A DNA stretch of 64,000 nucleotides, taken from assembly GCA_963769025.1 (NCBI GenBank), contig CAVYKI010000006.1:256001-320000 (forward strand). The letters are read 5' to 3'. Positions 53,160 to 63,567 of the stretch are shown here, one piece after another (position 1 is the stretch's first letter; every line of letters starts with the position of its first letter). The stretch is from an uncultured Verrucomicrobiae bacterium (GTDB lineage Bacteria > Verrucomicrobiota > Verrucomicrobiia > Chthoniobacterales > Chthoniobacteraceae). The translations under genes were made by a program, and so were the position numbers. The notes beneath the pieces were generated by a model, which searched no databases, was not told the DNA's origin, and saw nothing but the letters and a program-made list of their open reading frames with translations.

Positions 53160-54306
53160 GAGCCCTTCGCTTATGCACCTTGGAGGCGGAGGATGCCGGC
53201 GAGGCGCTTGAGGTTGTAGGCCGCAGCCTTGAGTGTGAGTTCGAGCTGGTTCTTGGCGAGGCCCAGGTAGCGCACGCGCCGGTAATGCTGCCATTTTTTG
53301 AGATGGGCAAAGACACGTTCGATGTTTGAGCGCACGCGGCTCTTGCGGCGGTTGTCCTCGCGGTCCGCCTCGGTGAGCTTGATGTGGCGGGCTCCCTTTC
53401 TGGCGATCCCGCTTTGGATGCCGTGCGCCTCCAGCCACACATGGTTGGCCTTGGTGTCGTAGGCTTTGTCGGCGTAGATGGCCGCGGTGTCCGCGGGCGC
53501 GATGCGCCTGAAGACCTCGCCTTCATACGCGCTGGCGGTGCTGATGAGCGCGGCGCGGATGAGGTGATGTTCGCCGTCGCTGCTCACGTGGGCTTTGTAT
53601 CCGTAGAAGCTCTGGTGGTATTTGCGGGTGTAGCTGGCGTCGGCATCGGGCGCGCGGCCTTCGGCTGCCGCCGTGGCGTCCGGACGCCTGCGGCTGGATT
53701 CGAGGAGCGTCGCATCCACCAGCGTGGTGCGTTTGAGGATGTAGCCTCGCGCTTCGAGCTGCGTGTTGAACAGCCCGAGCAGCTCCTCGTGCAGGCCGCA
53801 TTCGATGAGCCGCGCGCGGAACCGGCAGATCGTCGTCTCATCCGGCACGGCCTCGTGCGCGCCGAGCTGCGCAAATTTCTGGAAGCTCAGCCGGTCGCGC
53901 AACTGCTCCTCGGCCTGGGGATCGCTCAGTCCGTAGAGATGCTGCAAGATCATCACCCGCAGGAGCACGCCCACGCGGCACGCCGGGCGTCCGCCCTTGC
54001 CGTAGGTGGCGGCGACACGCTGCTCGGCCAAGGTGAAATCCACTTCGCGCGTGATGGTCTCCAACACACGGTTGGCTCCGCCACGCTGCGCCACGGCCAG
54101 ATCAAAGAAGGTCGGTTGGTTGTCACGCTCAGGTTGCATCCGGCGCCCCCGCAGCTCCGACCGTTCAGACGAGCCGCGCCGTGATCGCCTCGGCGCCCTC
54201 GATGCGGGTGAAGCACTTGATCGAGTCATGGGAGTCATGGCTTGCCGGCAGCGGGCAAATCGCGGATCAAAGTGGTTGGGAATTCAACGTTTCAAGCAAT
54301 GACCTC
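53160..54306 (-). mobile_element. IS5-family insertion sequence (~1147 bp)
   Basis: Single transposase. Imperfect terminal inverted repeats GAGCCCTTCGCTT (53160) versus GAGGTCATTGCTT (reverse complement ending 54306), 9/13 match. No target duplication. Confidence 0.75.
53171..54139 (-). CDS. IS5-family DDE transposase
   Basis: GGRP...LQHLYGLSDPQAEEQLRDRLSF (DUF772-like), TLVDAT, GYKAH, YADKAY, RSNIERVF. Confidence 0.93.
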   Translation of the reverse strand: MQPERDNQPTFFDLAVAQRGGANRVLETITREVDFTLAEQRVAATYGKGGRPACRVGVLLRVMILQHLYGLSDPQAEEQLRDRLSFQKFAQLGAHEAVPDETTICRFRARLIECGLHEELLGLFNTQLEARGYILKRTTLVDATLLESSRRRPDATAAAEGRAPDADASYTRKYHQSFYGYKAHVSSDGEHHLIRAALISTASAYEGEVFRRIAPADTAAIYADKAYDTKANHVWLEAHGIQSGIARKGARHIKLTEADREDNRRKSRVRSNIERVFAHLKKWQHYRRVRYLGLAKNQLELTLKAAAYNLKRLAGILRLQGA

Positions 54307-54877
54307 CAGCGGGCCGCCCACAGTCCGGAAGACCTCGGTATACTCCCGTTCCAGGACTTTCCGTCTCGGCGTCTGGGCTCTCGCTGCTGCAAGTGCGATC
54401 ATCGGCTGACACGCCGTCACGGACGCCGTGGAGGCGGGAAAAGGGAAGCTGTCCACAGTCGAAGGAACCGTGCTGGAGCAGCGCGCGACTGAGACGCCGG
54501 GCGGCACGGTCGTGCGGATGAAAGGCGGCGGCACCAATCGCATCCAAGGCACCCGCAAGCTCACGACGCATCTCCGCATCCAGAAGCCGGACGGTACGGT
54601 GACCGAATTCACGGAACCGGATTGGTTTCGCACGCCGAAGGCAGGCTGGAAGGGGCAGCCGATCCGCGTGCAGCACGACGCTTTCAACAACCTCTACGAG
54701 ATCGAAGTCGCCGGTGAAGTCATCCGCGACGTGGCGACGACGCGCAAGAACCGGAAAATCGACAGCAAGAAGAACGATCCGCTGATGGTGTTCCTGATCG
54801 TGACGGGCGTTCCGCTTACAGCGATCGGCTATCTGCTCTCGCTGCGGGGCAGAAAGCAGCCGCAACCACAGGCGTAG
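54307..54877 (+). pseudogene. two-TM membrane protein remnant: IS at the 5' end and an in-frame TGA at 54407
   Basis: Frame reads ...FRLGVWALAAASAIIG*HAVTDAVEAGKG..., continuous with ORF 54428-54877, which ends in a TM helix. Confidence 0.55.
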
Positions 54878-55066
54878 CGCCGCTGCTTTTCGGGAGCGTC
54901 CACAAAGCTGACCGAGGATGCTGGCCATTCCGCGAGCCGCAGGAGGTTCCGCTTCAGCCGGCTCGCGATTCGTGCGCTTTGCCCACCCCGTTTCGAATGA
55001 TGTGTGACTGCTTGCTTCGATGCGTCCGGCTTGTTGCCTGCCTCAGGGTTTGTTAGGAATGCACGC

Positions 55067-55945
55067 ATGCTGAGCCCCCTGTCTTCGCATCGCATTGCCA
55101 TCCTCGCGCTTTGCTGGCTGGCCTCCGGTTTCTTCTGCGCGACCGGCGGCGAAGCAGGTTTCCGGCGCTTTGCGCACACGATCTCACCCGATGGCGCATA
55201 CGTCCTCGCATGGGGCTGGGGTGAGGATGAACATCCCGAGAAGCTGAAGGAATGGCCGCCCGGCGCCGATACCGCAGGGGATTCCGTTGCGAACTTTCTC
55301 GTCGATGCCATCCGCGGACAAGTGCTGGCCGCCATTCCCGAACGCGATCATTTCCAAACATCCGACGGGCGATGGAAGCGGTTCAGCGGGCTCGCGGCCT
55401 CATGGTCGGAGGACAGCCGGACGGCGCTCGCGATCTACGAAGGGCGATGGAGTGATGAATCGATCCTCTGGATCGACCCGAAGAAGCGGACCTTTGTCGA
55501 ACTGCTCCCGAAGCTGACGGAAGCCTACGCGCGCTTCCTCGCGAAAAAGGAGAACGTCGCGGAGGCGGGCGAGATTTCCTTCAGCCTGCCGGCGATCCTG
55601 GCCGGCGGAGTGCTGGTGCTCGATGCGCGCGCACGGCCGCAGGTGAACAAGCCGCCCGAATACACTTACCGCCTCAAGTTCCAAGTGAAGATCGCTCGTG
55701 ACGAGCCCACATGCACGCTGCTGGGCGGACACAAAATCGGCGAGCCGCCGGAAGATGGGAAGGTCGAGGACGAACTGAACAAGGCATACCAGCAACTGCG
55801 GAGCAAATTGAACGAAGCCGGGCGTGCGACGTTGGAGGAAGCGCAAGTGCGCTGGCTCAAACCACGCGAGGCTCTCGGCGAATCGGACTGGATCTTCTTC
55901 ACCCGCATGCGCGCAGCCTTCCTCCGCGCGCGCCTTGAGAATTAG
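55067..55945 (+). CDS. secreted protein with a C-terminal LprI/DUF1311-like helical domain
   Basis: Signal peptide, ISPDGAYVLAW, C-terminal ELNKAYQQL...LEEAQVRWL..R. Confidence 0.7.
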   Translation: MLSPLSSHRIAILALCWLASGFFCATGGEAGFRRFAHTISPDGAYVLAWGWGEDEHPEKLKEWPPGADTAGDSVANFLVDAIRGQVLAAIPERDHFQTSDGRWKRFSGLAASWSEDSRTALAIYEGRWSDESILWIDPKKRTFVELLPKLTEAYARFLAKKENVAEAGEISFSLPAILAGGVLVLDARARPQVNKPPEYTYRLKFQVKIARDEPTCTLLGGHKIGEPPEDGKVEDELNKAYQQLRSKLNEAGRATLEEAQVRWLKPREALGESDWIFFTRMRAAFLRARLEN

Positions 55946-55966
55946 CCCGGCAGACGCTCTCAGGCC

Positions 55967-56434
55967 ATGGAGATTCCCATCGCTTCAATGCCAGCGTGGC
56001 TGCCCGTCGTCATCGTCGTCGCGTTCCCGCTGTACTTTGTCTTGTTGTGGTCCGGCGTTTGCCTGCTGATTTCGGCCATCGGCGGTTGGGGCCGTCTCGC
56101 CAAAAAATATCCCGGCTCGCCGGCGCCGAAGGGAACGCGCTTTTCCTGGCAGAGTGGAAGGTTCGGCTTGGCGAAATACAACAATGTCCTGATGATCCAC
56201 GTGTCGCCGGAAGGGCTGCACCTCGCGGTCGCGCGGATCTTTCGCTTCCGGCACCCGCCGCTATTCATCCCGTGGAACGAGATTCGCAACGCGTCGGTGC
56301 GCCGCGTCTTTCGGACGGAATACGTGGAGTTCGAAGTCGGCTCTCCAAAACTCGCGACGCTGCGGTTGCCCAGGGAGATTTTTGAGAACGCACGGTCATG
56401 GCTGGAGGACGCCCTGCGTCATGGAATGGGATGA
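55967..56434 (+). CDS. hypothetical membrane protein
   Basis: TM helix then GGWGRLAKKY...HPPLFIPWNEI. Confidence 0.75.
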   Translation: MEIPIASMPAWLPVVIVVAFPLYFVLLWSGVCLLISAIGGWGRLAKKYPGSPAPKGTRFSWQSGRFGLAKYNNVLMIHVSPEGLHLAVARIFRFRHPPLFIPWNEIRNASVRRVFRTEYVEFEVGSPKLATLRLPREIFENARSWLEDALRHGMG

Positions 56435-56810
56435 CCTCACTCAGTCGCCACCCCTCGCCGGGCACCGGTTCATGTGTGACCAGTGTGGCGCGCAGGCGGA
56501 CGTGGTGCAGCTATTTGGTTCCTCGAAAGAGGCTGTCGTCGTGCGGGCGAACTTCCCCAGTCGCCTGAGCGCCCGCGTGCCTCTGGGGTCCCTTGCCGGG
56601 TATCGGCAGGCAATCCTCGCAGGCGACATCGGCGAGCTTTATCGTCTCGATGCCGAGGTCGGTTCCTTTTTCTGCCCGACCTGCCAGAAATGCTACTGCG
56701 CAAATCATTGGAGAAAATGGGATGTCTTCGACGACGACGATGGCTGGGTCTGGCACGACTGCACCATGGGTCGCTGCCCGCTCGGCCATGAACGAATGCT
56801 GCAGGACTGA
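56421..56810 (+). CDS. Cys/His-rich putative zinc-binding protein
   Basis: CDQC, FCPTCQKCYCANHW, GRCPLGHERM; overlaps the upstream stop. Confidence 0.65.
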   Translation: MEWDDLTQSPPLAGHRFMCDQCGAQADVVQLFGSSKEAVVVRANFPSRLSARVPLGSLAGYRQAILAGDIGELYRLDAEVGSFFCPTCQKCYCANHWRKWDVFDDDDGWVWHDCTMGRCPLGHERMLQD

Positions 56811-56889
56811 ACGGCGCGCCCCGGCCGGAGACGGGGAGTCGGCGCAGACGCATTCGCTGGCGAAGACAGTGGAGAAATTCCCCGGCCGC

Positions 56890-58373
56890 TGCGCGGCACA
56901 GCAGCGCCTTGATCGCGTCGGCACCCTCGACGCCGGTGAGCTTCTGGTCGAGGCCGCCGTAGAAGTAGCTGAGCTTTTCCGGGTCGAGACCCATGAGCGT
57001 GAGCGCGGTGGCGTGCAGGTGCTTCACGTGGAATTTGTCGCGCACGGCGGCTGAGCCGAGTTCGTCCGTCTCGCCGATGCTCTGTCCGCCCTTCACGCCG
57101 CCGCCGGCCATCCACATGGTGAAGCCGTAGGCATTGTGATCGCGCCCCGTGCCTTTCGCGTATTCGGCGGTCGGCTGGCGGCCGAATTCTCCGCCCCAGA
57201 TGATCAGCGTGCTGTCGAGCAGGCCGCGCTGTTTGAGATCCTTGAGCAGGCCGGCGATGGGCTTGTCGGTCCGCCCGGCGTGGAAGTTGTGATTCTTCTC
57301 GATGTCGGTGTGCGCGTCCCAGTTGTCGTCGTTGTGCGCGCCGCCGGAGTAGAGCTGGATGAAACGCACGCCGCGCTCGACCATGCGCCGCGCGAGCAGG
57401 CAGCGGCGCCCGAACTCCTCCGTCTTCGGATCGTTCATGCCGTAGAGTTCCTTCGTCGCTTCGGATTCCTTCGCGAGGTCCACGGTCTCGGGCGCGTGGA
57501 GCTGCATCTTCGCGGCGAGTTCGTAGCTCGCGATGCGCGCGGCCAGGTTCGTGTTGTCCACGCGCGGCGCTTCGTGCTCGGCGTTGTATTCGCGCAATGT
57601 GTCGAGCATGCGGCGCTGCATCGCGCCGGTCATTCCGTCGGGCCGGTTCAGGTCGAGGATCGGGTCGCCCGCGGATCGCAGGATGGTCCCCTGGTAGGTC
57701 GCCGGCATGTAGCCGCTCGACCAGTTCTTCGCGCCGCTGATGGGGCCGCCTTTCGGATCGAGCATCACGACGAAGCCGGGCAGATTTTCGCTCACGCTGC
57801 CGAGACCGTAGTTCACCCACGAGCCGAGGCACGGGCTGCCGGAAAGGATGCGCCCGGTGTTCATCTGCAGCATCGCCGAGCCGTGGATGGGCGAGTCGGC
57901 GGTCATCGAGTGGAGGAACGCCATGTCGTCCACGCACGTCGCGAGATTTGGAAAAAGATCGCTCACGTGCTTGCCCGCATTGGCCGTACTGCTTGAACGC
58001 CCATTTCGGACCGACTACGCGCCCTTCGTTCTTTTTGCCGCCGCGGCCAAAGGTTTTCACCTGGATCGTTTTCCCGTCGAGCGGGTCGAGCGCGGGCTTG
58101 TGGTCGAACGTGTCCACCTGGCTCGGGCCGCCGTACATGAAGAGGAAAATCACGCTCTTCGCCTTCGGCGCGAAGTGCGGCTTCTTTGGCGCGAGCGGAT
58201 TCGCGAATGGCGTGACTCCGTCGGCGGCGATCAGCCTGCGTGTTGAGAAATTTGTCGAGCGACAGCAGGCCAGTCAGCGCGAGTCCGGTGAAGCCGGAGC
58301 CGGCTTCCCACAGGAATTCGCGGCGCGTGCGATGGCAGAAGCTTCCGGGCGAGGGGTGTGGTTGATGAGACAT
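56890..58373 (-). CDS. DUF1501 domain protein, Tat-exported (frameshifts near 58230 and 57975; stop codon not resolved)
   Basis: TRREFL, IFLFMYGGPSQVDTFD, LLARRMVERGVRF, WDAH, WGGEFGR, GRDHN. The 3' coordinate is approximate. Confidence 0.88.
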
Positions 58374-58386
58374 GTCAGCGGTCCGG

Positions 58387-60870
58387 TCAGTCGAGATAGA
58401 GAAACTCGTTCAAGTTCAGGGCGAGCAGGCAAAATGATTTCAGCGCGGCGTCCGGTGATGCACCGTCCGCTTTCTGCAGCGCCTCGATGAAGGCGACCCC
58501 GCGCTGGATCTCCGCATCGCCCGGCGGGCGGGAAGTGGCGAGGTTCAGCGCGAGGCGGACCTGGCGCGCGATGTCGGAGCCGGCTTCGCGGCGGAGGCGG
58601 TCGGCGAAATTTGCCGGCCTGTTCGTTGAGGAACGCGCTGTTGAGCATCCCGAGCGCCTGCGTCGGCTGCGTGGAGGCGAAGCGCACGGGCGTGGAGCGA
58701 TCGGTCTCGGCGAGGTCGAAGCTCGCGAGGATCGGCGTGAGCAGCGAGCGCTTCACGAAAATGTAGATGCTGCGGCGCGACTGCTCCTCCGGCGACGACT
58801 TGCCCCAGCCGCTGCCGGGTCGCGATTGCCCGGCGAGCACTTCCTTCGGGATGTCCACGTAGATGCCCGGGCCGAACATTCCGGGGTTCAGCGTTCCCGT
58901 CGTCGCGAGGATCGAGTCGCGGATTTCCTCCGCGGTGAGACGGCGCATGTCGAAGTGCGAGAGCAGATCGTTTTGTGGATCGGCCTTGAGCGCCGCGGCG
59001 CCAGGGCGCGAGGACATGCGGTAGGTGTTCGAGGTGAGGATGAGCCGGTGCAGCGCCTTCAGCCGCCAGCCCTTTTCGACAAACTCCGACGCGAGCCAGT
59101 CGAGCAGTTCCGGGTGCGTGGGCGTGTCGCCCTGCACACCGAAGTTGTTTGGCGAACGGACGATCCCGCGCCCGAAGTGATGCTGCCAGACGCGGTTCAC
59201 CATCACACGCGCGGTGAGTCGGTTGTCCTCCGACGCGATCCAGTCGGCGAGGGCGAGCCGCCGGCCCGAGGATTTCGCGGCAGGGGGAGCGACGATCGCG
59301 GGCGCTGGCGGATCGAGCACTTGCAGGAATGCGGGTTCCACCTTGTCGCCCTTGTTCGCGGGGTTGCCGCGCATCAGCACAAACGTCTCCGGCGGCTTGG
59401 GGCCCGCCTCGGTGACGGCCAGCGCGATGTCGCCGGTGGACTTGTCCTTCAACAGGTCGGCCAGTTCCTTGGACAACTGCTTGTAGCGCTCGAATGCCTC
59501 CTTTCCAAGGACGCGCAGCCCTTCGCGCTTGATGAGCCTTGCGATATCCGCCTCCGCTTCCTTGCCCGGTCCGTGGAGGGTGAGGAAGTGCTCCTCGAGT
59601 TCGGTGATTCGCGACCGCAGCCCTTCGCGCTTTTCCACTGCGGCGCGCATCGGATCCTTTGCGCCGGCGACGGCGGGCGCGAGCGGCAGCGGCACCTCGT
59701 CGGTCGGGCCGCCGTTGCGATAGTGGTTCACGTTTTGGAAAAACGAGAGCATCGCGTAGTAGTCGCGCTGTGCGATGGGATCGATCTTGTGGTCGTGGCA
59801 GCGCGCGCAATCGACGGTGAGCCCGAGGAATACCTGCCCGGTGGTCGCGAGGATGTCGTCGAGCATGTCGAAGCGCGCGAGTTCGCGGTCGGCCGGTTCA
59901 TCGTCCCAGATGCCGAGCCGGTAGTAACCGGTCGCGGTGATGCTGTCGGCGGTCGCGTGCGGCAGTTCGTCGCCCGCGAGTTGTTCGCGGATGAAGCGGT
60001 CGTACGGCTTGTCGTCGTTGAACGAGCGGATGACGTAATCGCGGTAGCGCCACGCGCGCGGCTTTGCGCCATCGCGCTCGTAGCTGTTTGTCTCCGCGAA
60101 ACGCACGAGGTCCAGCCAATGCCGGCCCCACTGTTCGCCGTAGCGCGGGGATGTGAGCAGGCGATCGACGAGCGCTTCCCACGCCTTCGGAGACTTGTCG
60201 GCGACGAAGGCCTCGACTTCCTGCGGCGTCGGCGGGAGCCCGGTGAGGTCAAAGTAAACGCGGCGCACGAGCGCGCGTTTGTCGGCGGGCGGATTCGGCG
60301 CGAGGCCTTTCGCTTCGAGCTTTTCGAGGACGAAGGCGTCGATGGGGTTTCCTGCCCACGCGTCGTTCTTCACTACGGGCGGCGCGGGCTTTTTCACCGG
60401 GCGGAATGCCCAGTGCGCTTTGTCCTTGTCGGTGATCTTGAATTCCTTCTTCGCGCCGCGACCGCGGGCTTGTCGCCGCCCGGCCACGGCGCGCCCATCT
60501 TGACCCACTCGGTGAGGTCGGCGATTTGCTGTTCGCCGAGTTTTTTCTTCGGCGGCATCTGGAGGTCTTCGTTCTTCCAGCCGACGGCGCCGACTATCAG
60601 GCTCTTCTCCGGTACGCCGGACACGAAACCGGGGCCGGTGTCGCCGCCTTTGAGCAGGCTCACGCGGCTGTCGAGCAGCAGCCCGCCCTTCACCTTGTCC
60701 GCATCCACGCTGTGGCACTTGTAGCAATGATCCGCGAGCAGCGGACGGATCCGCTTTTCAAAAAACTCCGCCTCCTGCGGCGTCGGCTCTGCGGCGCGCA
60801 GAAAAAGGCCGCCTGCTGCGAGCAGGAGCCCGAATGCCGTGACTGGCCGGGGAAACATCCGCATGCGCAC
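58387..60870 (-). CDS. planctomycete cytochrome c (PSCyt1) + DUF1549 + DUF1553 protein (frameshifts near 60460 and 58610)
   Basis: FFEKRIRPLL..HCYKCH, HWAF, RHWLDLVRF, CARCHDHK, PTHPELLDWLA, ends NEFLYLD. Confidence 0.9.
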
Positions 60871-60873
60871 AGG

Positions 60874-61824
60874 CTATTTTTTTTCGCCGAGCACCGCCAC
60901 CACGGGCGTCGAATTGCCGAAGTTCGTGAAGTCCTTCCACGTCCAGACGACTTTCTTCTCCGGCGTGATTTCGATGAGCTGCGGATTTGCCGGCCCTGCA
61001 TGGCAGTTGCCGATGATCGTGTTCCCATTCGCCAGCCGCTCGACGCGCGTGACCCACGCGAGCGTGATGCCCGGCAGATCGTTCTGCTCCACCTTCCACA
61101 CGATTTCCTTCGCGGGCGTCACCTCCAGCACGCTGTGGCCGTTGCCGGTGCCGATGAGCGTGTTGCCATTCGCGAGCCGCACCGCGCTGAAGAGCTTGTT
61201 GCCCCACGCCTCCGGCCCGTGCCCGCCCTTGGGCGCCTTGTCGAAGAGCGGCACCTCGTATTCCCACACGATTTTCCCGCCCGCATCGTACTCGCGCACG
61301 AAGCCGTCGCTCTCCTGCGCGACGAGATAGTTGCCGTTCGCGAGCTTGCGCACGAGCCGCGTGTCGCTGTGCGTGCTGGGGCGATTCACCTTGAGCTTCA
61401 CCTCGTGTTTCACGGCCCCGTCCTTGTCCACCTCGACGATCCGCGCCGGGCCCGACTCGGCGATCATCGTGAGCCCGTTGTCGAGCCGCTGAAAGGCGTG
61501 GACCTCGACGCGCTTCCCCGCGTTCGCCTTCGCCGCATCGTACTCCCAGACCACCTGCTTGTCGGGCGTCACCTCCTGCACCTTCGCCCAGCCCTGCTGC
61601 AGGAGGATGTTTCCATTCGGCAAAATGTGCGCGTCGTGGATCGCGCCGACCTTGATTTCCCACTCAAGCTTCCCGTCAGCTCCGACGATCGCGAGCCGGC
61701 GCGTCGAGTCGTCGCCGGCGAGAACCCGCCGGGCCGGACCCGTCTGTTCCGAACGGGCGATGGAAGCAAGCGCAGTGAGGACGAGTGCGGCGACCAGAGG
61801 GAGGGAAACCGGAAGATGAGGCAT
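60874..61824 (-). CDS. secreted beta-propeller repeat protein (PQQ/arylsulfotransferase-like repeats)
   Basis: Repeated RL.NGN.LI and EV.P.K..VW units. Confidence 0.82.
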   Translation of the reverse strand: MPHLPVSLPLVAALVLTALASIARSEQTGPARRVLAGDDSTRRLAIVGADGKLEWEIKVGAIHDAHILPNGNILLQQGWAKVQEVTPDKQVVWEYDAAKANAGKRVEVHAFQRLDNGLTMIAESGPARIVEVDKDGAVKHEVKLKVNRPSTHSDTRLVRKLANGNYLVAQESDGFVREYDAGGKIVWEYEVPLFDKAPKGGHGPEAWGNKLFSAVRLANGNTLIGTGNGHSVLEVTPAKEIVWKVEQNDLPGITLAWVTRVERLANGNTIIGNCHAGPANPQLIEITPEKKVVWTWKDFTNFGNSTPVVAVLGEKK

Positions 61825-61925
61825 AGGACGGAACCAGCCCGCGATGGTGCGCGAACTTAGGGTCTTCCTCGGAAGCCCTGCGGCATTCGCACCGCAATCA
61901 CGAGCGGAGCGGGCGCGAGTTGCAT

Positions 61926-63113
61926 TTATCGCTTGGCCGGCGCAGGCACGGGAGTCGGCTGATTTTCGAAGATCTTTTTGATCCGTTCATTGAAGCTGGG
62001 GGTCGGCGTCGGTGTCGGTGTCTTGGAGAGGATGGGGGCAAACGGATCCGTGGCCGGATTCATGCGGCCGAGGCCCGTGGAAGGTTTTCCACCGAGTGCC
62101 GGTGCCAGCGGGGAAGTCGGATTCTTGGAAGAGGGCGGGGCAAACGGGTCCGCAAACGGGATCGTGGCCGGGTTCTTTCGGTCGAGGCCTGGGGTGAGTT
62201 TTCCACCAAGTGGCGATGCCGACGGGAGAGTCGGGACGGGTGTTGGTGCAGGCCGGACCATCAGTTCGGCTTGGCTGCCGCCGGGCTTGAGATCCTTCCA
62301 ATCGGTCATCCCTGCGCCGGTGGGCCATGGGGTCACGGGTTTGTAAGGAAACGGGAGACCCGGCGCGGGTGTGGGCTTGCGGAAGTAGTCCGTGACCTTG
62401 GCGATGGCGTACCGGCCACCTGTCACGGCTCCGTACAGAATCGCGCCCCAGAAAACGAGGGCGAACACGGCGAATAAAACGTTCTGCACGATCTCTTTCC
62501 ACTCCGTCTCCGCTTTCGCCGGCGAGGGGAGGGGTGCCGGAACTGGAGTCGGCTCAGGCGCGGGTGCGGGAAGCGGCGCGGTGACGACGGCATCAGATTT
62601 CGGCACCGCTTTCGTTTTGCGTTCCGGCCTCTTTGAAGGCTCCGCGATGATGCGTGTGATCTGCTCCCGCAGGTGATCGACGTCGCGGTGAAAGTCCGGA
62701 TCCGGACGCACGGCCTGGCCGTTCTTGAACGCCAGGTCGCGGATGCTCTCCGGCAGGTCGTATGCGCCCGGCATCTCGGCGTGACGGCAGAGGATGGGAA
62801 TGACGCGCACGTTCTTTGTGCCGAGCGCGAGCTCGATTTCGACACGGACATGATCCGCCGCGTCGTCGAGCCGGCGCCGATCCTGCATGTCGGTGATCGT
62901 GAGCCAGTCCGGGCCGATGAGCACGAGGACCACGCGGGCCACGGTGAGCTTCTGGCGCACGTGTTCGCGAAAATCCACGCCGAGCGGAATCGAATCCAGA
63001 TCGCGGAACACCGTGCCGGCAGGAAACTCGCGGCTGAGGCGATCGAAGATGCGTCCCGCCGTCTCGCCGCTGTCGTCGCGGCGGTAGCAGATGAAGACGG
63101 TTTCCTCGGCCAT
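61926..63113 (-). CDS. TIR (TIR_2) domain protein with one TM helix and Pro-rich tail
   Basis: VFICYRRDDS, VFRDLDSIPLGVDF, VLIGPDW, DHVRVEIELAL, IPIL; TM segment VLFAVFALVFWGAILYGAV. Confidence 0.88.
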   Translation of the reverse strand: MAEETVFICYRRDDSGETAGRIFDRLSREFPAGTVFRDLDSIPLGVDFREHVRQKLTVARVVLVLIGPDWLTITDMQDRRRLDDAADHVRVEIELALGTKNVRVIPILCRHAEMPGAYDLPESIRDLAFKNGQAVRPDPDFHRDVDHLREQITRIIAEPSKRPERKTKAVPKSDAVVTAPLPAPAPEPTPVPAPLPSPAKAETEWKEIVQNVLFAVFALVFWGAILYGAVTGGRYAIAKVTDYFRKPTPAPGLPFPYKPVTPWPTGAGMTDWKDLKPGGSQAELMVRPAPTPVPTLPSASPLGGKLTPGLDRKNPATIPFADPFAPPSSKNPTSPLAPALGGKPSTGLGRMNPATDPFAPILSKTPTPTPTPSFNERIKKIFENQPTPVPAPAKR

Positions 63114-63567
63114 GAGGTTCTTCTATCGCGGGGCCCGCGTTTTGGCAACGGCGGCGGAGGGAAGGGGCAGACCCGAATACCGCACGTTCCTCGAGTGCCA
63201 ATGAGCCCCGTGGGGCGCGGTCCGGCTGCGTCACTCAGGCACGGCATACCACCTCCGGTCAGTTGGTGCAGCGAGTTGCCAGTGGGTGCGACGTCGAGTC
63301 GGTCGATTTTCTGGAGATGAATCGGGATTCGGGGCCAAATATATTAATCGGCAATCGAGGTTGCAGGGAAAACGACTGGCGCCAACGCCTGTAAATAATA
63401 TATTTTTTAGACGGTGATTTTATTATGATTTTACTGGGCCTCAGGGCTTGGATATCAACCTGCGCGTTCGGGGCATTAACCGAGCAACACCGGCAGGTCG
63501 GCGGCGGAATGATTTCGCGGCGGATTGTCTCCCGGTGAAAACACAAACCAAAAACAAGGAAACAGGA

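Noticed and set aside
56470..56889. C-terminal extension of the DUF1501 ORF across the opposite-strand Zn-finger gene
   Set aside because: Family similarity ends at IKALL, so the extension likely comes from a lost stop codon or an indel.
63263..63280. TGGTGCAGCGAGTTGC, and TGGCAGTAAATCGC near 45406, as sigma54 promoters
   Set aside because: GG-to-GC spacing is off by one in both, and sigma54 spacing is strict.
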